This document shows positions 8,687-12,442 of a stretch of 12,442 bases of DNA, piece by piece. Position numbers and translations under genes: made by a program. The stretch is taken from the NCBI GenBank assembly GCA_000004985.1, contig GG738987.1; one strand, given 5' to 3'. The stretch comes from Naegleria gruberi. Its lineage: Eukaryota. The notes beneath the pieces are model-generated. The model was not told where the DNA came from. It did not search any database and worked only from the letters and a program-made list of their open reading frames with translations. The first letter of the stretch is position 1, and each line of letters opens with the position of its first letter.

Positions 8687-8737
8687 TTCTTTCACACTGT
8701 TTCTAAAACACCTACTCAGTAAAATCATTAATTTTGA

Positions 8738-8743
8738 AATAAA
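8738..8743 (+). terminator. Candidate poly(A) signal AATAAA downstream of the carrier gene.
   Basis: aataaa lies about 50 nt after the stop. Confidence 0.3.
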
Positions 8744-9198
8744 AATTTGTATTTGTTTTTTAAATGATGATAAGATGTAACCTTTGAATTTGAGTAAATT
8801 TTAAACTTGGTTTTTGAAATAATATTTTCCTTAATTGATTTTTGAAACGTTGATCGTATTCAACATATTGTATAGAGTTACCAGTCTCTAAATTAAAATC
8901 TAAATTACACAATACAATGACAATACAGACAGGCACTCAGATTGCCCCATACATTTTTTAAAATTAGCCAAACTCCAAGGTAGTGTTGTAGTTGACTCAA
9001 TTGAAAACCGTTTCTCAAGAATTTCCACCTGTTTGTCGTTGCATTGAAATTCGTGTATATATTGAGATCTTATTTACAATAATACAAATAAGGAATGTAT
9101 AGTACATTCTATTAATTAACATGGAGATTGATCATATTATTCAAATGATTTTAATTAAAATTGCATCTATTAATATCTAAATATCATATTAAATAAAA

Positions 9199-10009
9199 AT
9201 GACAGATTCAAGGTTTGCATTATCGGATGATTCTCCTCATTTACATCAAGAACAAGAACAACATGATGATTATGCAGTTGCATATGATAATAATCAACAA
9301 CAACAACATTCATCCTTACCTCTACCATCATCATTTGCACAACAATATGATGATGATATTAATACTACTAATCATCATACTCCTAATAATAACAATAACA
9401 CTGATGATAATGTAAATGATGTAAATGATGATGATAATAAATTTGGTGAATTTCTTGATATTCAAATGAAAAGAAAAAGAGAAAATGATAAAATATCTAA
9501 AAAGGATAAAATATCAATATGGATGATTGGATTAAATACATTTTTTATATCAGTTGCAACTATATTAGGTACAGGTATATTAGGTTTACCTGTTAAATTA
9601 TATAGAACTGGTTTTTGGCCTTTTTTTACTACTTTTATCATTTGTTTTATTATGCAAGCAATGATTATCATTTATTTAACTGATATTTTACAAAAAACTG
9701 AATTTATTATGAAATTACAATATTTTAATAATTTAAAAAATACAAATAATAATAATAATATTGAAAATAATAGTATTGAAAATAATAGTATTGAAAATAA
9801 TAATATTGAAAATAATAATTTAGAAAATAATAATAATATTGAAAATAATTTAGAAGAAATTGAAATGATAGAAGAACAAGTAAATGAAAATCAAATAGAA
9901 GATATTGTAAATGATAATAATAATCAAATTAATAATCAAATTAATAATGAAAATAATAATACTATAATAATTGAACAAGAAGAACCTGTTTTTGATCCTG
10001 ATTTACATA
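9199..10009 (+). CDS. Amino-acid transporter (Aa_trans / AAAP, SLC32/36/38-like), exon 1. It has an N/Q/D-rich N-terminus and an (IENNS)n insert.
   Basis: The start context is aaataaaaATG. SIWMIGLNTFFISVATILGTGILGLPVKLYRTGFWPFF matches the Aa_trans N-terminal signature N..(I/V)..GxGILxLP. The exon ends at a canonical GTAAGT donor (g10010) in phase 1. The track's stop (tag at 10015) is inside the intron. Confidence 0.75.
9760..9849 (+). repeat. 15-bp tandem repeat (about 6 units) attgaaaataatagt / attgaaaataataat, encoding IENNS/IENNN.
   Basis: The units are direct and head-to-tail. The first two are identical, as are the third and fourth; the fifth carries a 3-nt insertion and the sixth is truncated. 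The repeat is in frame within the transporter's exon 1. Confidence 0.85.
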
Positions 10010-10110
10010 GTAAGTAGTTTTTTTTAAAAATTTAAAAAAATTAAAAAATTAAAAAGCAATTGGTAGAATATTTTTAAATAGACCATTACAAATAATATTT
10101 GATATATCAG

Positions 10111-10446
10111 TTATTGTACATTTTATATCTATTTTAATAAGTTATTCAATTGCAGGTCCAATAGCATTATCATCTTTATTTAATATTAAAGATTACTATA
10201 TATATTTTATATTACCATTTATATTTATATTAACATTAATAGTAATATTAGGAGATAAATATATTTCACATGTCATTTCATTTGCTACTTTATTTAAAGG
10301 TACTTTATTATTAATTATGGTTGGTCTTGTTGGATTTATTAGTAATTTAACTAATTTGGAATTTGTTGATAAATTTCAATATATTGGTCATCCTTTCTTA
10401 ATTGGAACTGTTAGTTTAGGTGGTGTTATGAATACTTTACCTGTTA
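10111..10446 (+). CDS. Amino-acid transporter exon 2 (TM helices). The 5' boundary is approximate.
   Basis: The frame of the track ORF 10317-10511 extends upstream with no stop back to about 10080 and reads ...IVHFISILISYSIAGPIALSSLFNIKDYYIYFILPFIFILTLIVILGDKYISHVISFATLFKGTLLLIMVGLVGFISN...GGVMNTLPVS. The phase-compatible acceptors are atatcag|tt (exon starts at 10111) or attgcag|gt (exon starts at 10156). An alternative weaker GTAGTT donor (g10014, exon 1 ending at 10013) would pair with aaatag at 10081. The exon ends at a GTATGT donor (g10447). Confidence 0.55.
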
Positions 10447-10543
10447 GTATGTTTATTTTTATTTATTTTTATATTTATTTTAATTTTTATATTTTAATTG
10501 TTATATTTTAAATTATTTATATTTTATATTTTATTAAATATAG

Positions 10544-10622
10544 TATATTCTAAAATAGTACATCAAACACAAATTAAAAAATCACATCAAAATGATCAAG
10601 AAGATGAAGAATATACAGAAGA
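10544..10622 (+). CDS. Amino-acid transporter exon 3, a small exon of about 64-79 nt.
   Basis: It follows an aaatatag acceptor (10559 after aaaatag is the alternative start, in the same frame). It reads (I)YSKIVHQTQIKKSHQNDQEDEEYTE(E). The junction gives NTLPVSIYSKI, which resembles the conserved Aa_trans N(L)LPIYSELK block. It ends at a GTAAGT donor (g10623). Phases are consistent through to exon 4. Confidence 0.5.
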
Positions 10623-10700
10623 GTAAGTTTAAAAATATTAAAAATATTAAATTAAATTAAATTAAATAATATAAATTAAATTAAATTAAAAATATTAAAG

Positions 10701-11457
10701 AATGATTGAAAAAATTAAATATTGGAAAATTCAAATATTTAGAGCAAGTGCTATATTTGGATTATTTTTTTGTTTTATAATTAATATAATGTGGTGTTTA
10801 TTTGTATTAAAAATAGTACCACAAGAACAAGATGATTTAAATTTACCATCATTAAAAAAATCTAAAGAAAATGGTGAAATTAGTACAATTCCAATTATAG
10901 AAATTATAAAAATATCATATCCAGAATATATATGGTTAGGATATTTTGTACAAGGATTTATATCACTTTCTATAACAGTTAGTTATATTACAATGTCTAT
11001 TGGATTAATACACATGTTAAATGGTTATGTTAAAACATTTGAAATTTATTTAAAAAATACAAAAAATAACAAATTTATTAATTTTATAAATAATTTTAAA
11101 TTAAAATATTTAAATAATAATATTTATAAATTATTATTAATATTTAAAATAATTATATATTTAATTACATATATTCCTATTTATATAATTGCACAAATTA
11201 ATCCACATAGTTTTTTAATTGTTATGGAAGTATTTACATCAATGGCACTAAATTTAGAAAGTGGTTTTTTTATTTCTTTAATTATATTTTTAACATGTAT
11301 TAAAAAATCATTTAAAAATATTAAAATTACACTTCCAATTTCAAATTTATTTATTTATTTAACTGTTGGATTTGTTTGTTTTTATTTTTTATTTGCTGTT
11401 TTATTTGATATTATTTATACTTGTTTTGATTTATTTTGGAAAGATAAACCTTTTTAA
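10701..11457 (+). CDS. Amino-acid transporter exon 4, the C-terminal multi-TM half (track ORF 10702-11457).
   Basis: The attaaag acceptor (ag 10699-10700) and a phase-2 junction give ...EE|MIEKIKYWKIQIFRASAIFGLFFCFIINIMWCLFVL... followed by at least 6 hydrophobic helices. The stop is TAA at 11455-11457. The 78-nt intron is made of taaat repeats. Confidence 0.7.
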
Positions 11458-11562
11458 TTTATTTTAAGATTTATCATTATTTATATTATAAAATTTAATT
11501 TATATGTATTGTTTAATATTGTAAAATTTATATTAATTTATATATTGTATTGTAAATATTTT

Positions 11563-11568
11563 AATAAA
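11563..11568 (+). terminator. Candidate poly(A) signal AATAAA downstream of the transporter gene.
   Basis: aataaa lies about 105 nt after the stop. Confidence 0.25.
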
Positions 11569-11961
11569 TATTTTAATTATTGAAAGTGTATTCCTTCTTT
11601 TTAAATTGGAAGATGATAAAACTCTAGAGGTTAATTGCAGGTTTAAACTTACATACTGTTCATAAAATTTGAAATACTTGCAAAATGTTGAAAGATCAGA
11701 TGATTTGGAGGTTGTTTAAGAGATTTCTTCTTCATCGTAACAGTATTCTGAGTTCCAACTCTATGAGTGGTCTTGTTAGGGTTGATACACTTCTGGCACT
11801 TGTTCTTCCTTCATCAGAAGGAGAGGAGACTGAAGTTTTAGGTCCACTACTATTATAAAGCTTGTTTCCTCAAATCTTTTTCCTCACCAACACTTCTCTT
11901 TTTAGAGTTGCTGATTCAATTTAATCTCCATCTTCTTGAAAGATTGCCACTTGAGAACTAT

Positions 11962-12336
11962 TTATTTAAAATTAATTACATGATTTAATTGTAAATTTGA
12001 ATAATAATTAGTTAATAAATGATGTAAATTTTCATTTTCATTTAATTCTTGTTTAATTTTATCATAAATTAATAAAATATTTACAACTGATTGATCCATT
12101 GGATTATTTTCATAATATTTAGTATAAAAATTATATCCCTTTTCAAATAAATTATGTAATTCTTCATTATTTAAAGTATTTAAATTACTAAATATAGAAA
12201 ATGCATTTAAAAATTCAGAATGTGCTAAATTTTCATTTTTCTGTGCTAATTCATACAACCATTCATCATCATTTACAGTTGAATCTTTTACAAGTTCAAA
12301 TATAGTTTGTATTTTATCTGAATTTGGAAATTTCAT
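11962..12336 (-). CDS. Hypothetical protein, 124 aa. It may be one exon of a larger gene.
   Basis: This is a 124-codon ORF in roughly 85% AT DNA, MKFPNSDKIQTIFELVKDSTVNDDEWLYELAQKNENLAH...YYSNLQLNHVINFK, with a plausible helical composition. An adjacent minus-strand frame is open from the window edge (12442) down to about 12340 (SKYLLKLAELLNLKILTSENSCKDLNSFILKPIE*), one frame off. Confidence 0.45.
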   Translation of the reverse strand: MKFPNSDKIQTIFELVKDSTVNDDEWLYELAQKNENLAHSEFLNAFSIFSNLNTLNNEELHNLFEKGYNFYTKYYENNPMDQSVVNILLIYDKIKQELNENENLHHLLTNYYSNLQLNHVINFK

Positions 12337-12442
12337 TCTATCTATAGGTTTTAAAATGAAAGAATTTAAATCTTTACATGAATTTTCACTTGTTAATATT
12401 TTTAAATTTAATAATTCTGCTAATTTTAATAAATATTTAGAT

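Noticed and set aside
7739-8728. Minus-strand ORFs 7739-8101 (120 aa) and 8132-8728 (198 aa), and plus-strand alternative-frame ORFs 7836-8342 and 8373-8594, all overlapping the ADP/ATP-carrier gene.
   Set aside because: These are open by virtue of the carrier's GC-richer, codon-biased sequence, which has few stop triplets in other frames. Their translations are Ser/Thr/Leu-rich nonsense, and the plus-frame carrier ORF has unmistakable homology.
9215-9671. ORFs 9215-9415 (+) and 9462-9671 (-) overlapping transporter exon 1.
   Set aside because: They are alternative-frame or antisense readings of AT-rich coding sequence (M/I/L/N runs). The main frame has the Aa_trans signature.
10317-10511. 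Track ORF start at 10317 (MVGLVGF...) as a separate gene.
   Set aside because: The same frame is open upstream to about 10080, and the sequence is TM helices of the transporter. It is an internal Met of exon 2, and its 3' part is intron.
1-12442. Prokaryotic interpretation (operons, CRISPR, defence islands, tRNA or rRNA genes).
   Set aside because: Spliceosomal introns, eukaryotic carrier, kinase and transporter families and poly(A) signals are present. There are no direct-repeat/spacer arrays. I saw no tRNA-like GTTCGA / A-box-B-box pattern, no rRNA-like conserved blocks, and no transposase, reverse transcriptase or integrase ORFs.
1-12442. Assigning the window to Dictyostelium discoideum specifically.
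   Set aside because: The Asn-rich genes and the introns look dictyostelid-like. However, the intergenic DNA is only about 65-70% AT without long homopolymer tracts. The carrier protein has IQTQD / RYTGI / RRRLQM blocks that do not match my recollection of Dictyostelium ancA (LLLQVQ / QYKGI / RRRMMM). Species identity is left open.

Overview
This window is nuclear DNA from an AT-rich eukaryote, not a prokaryote. The genes have spliceosomal GT..AG introns of about 85-150 nt that are almost pure A/T, AAAAATG-type start contexts, and long Asn/Gln/Ser low-complexity tracts written as aat/caa runs. That style resembles dictyostelid social amoebae or AT-rich apicomplexans, but the species cannot be fixed from the sequence alone. 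I can support seven protein-coding genes. (1) A large minus-strand gene runs from before position 1 to 1683 and encodes a Ser/Gln/Asn-rich, Leu/Ile-rich helical protein; it is split by a 66-N assembly gap. (2) A 3-exon short-chain dehydrogenase/reductase (SDR) gene lies on the plus strand at 1781-2948. (3) A minus-strand gene at 4174-5268 encodes a 364-aa multi-pass membrane protein, and its codon composition is atypical for this neighbourhood. (4) A choline/ethanolamine-kinase gene lies on the minus strand at 5551-7026, with a 434-N gap in the middle. (5) A mitochondrial ADP/ATP-carrier-family gene lies on the plus strand at 7748-8686, with strongly biased codon usage and an RRRLQM variant of the RRRMMM hallmark. 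(6) A 4-exon amino-acid/auxin-permease (Aa_trans/SLC36-38-like) transporter gene lies on the plus strand at 9199-11457 and carries a 15-bp tandem repeat encoding (IENNS)n. (7) A 124-aa hypothetical ORF lies on the minus strand at 11962-12336. I found no tRNA or rRNA genes, no transposon or CRISPR hallmarks, and no defence-type system. This looks like an ordinary housekeeping gene neighbourhood. The most unusual things are compositional: three very different codon-usage classes sit side by side, and the non-coding DNA falls into two classes, about 95% AT introns versus about 65-70% AT intergenic spacers. One of those spacers is a 1.2-kb convergent spacer that contains short direct repeats and hairpins. 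Both assembly gaps sit inside Asn-rich coding repeats.
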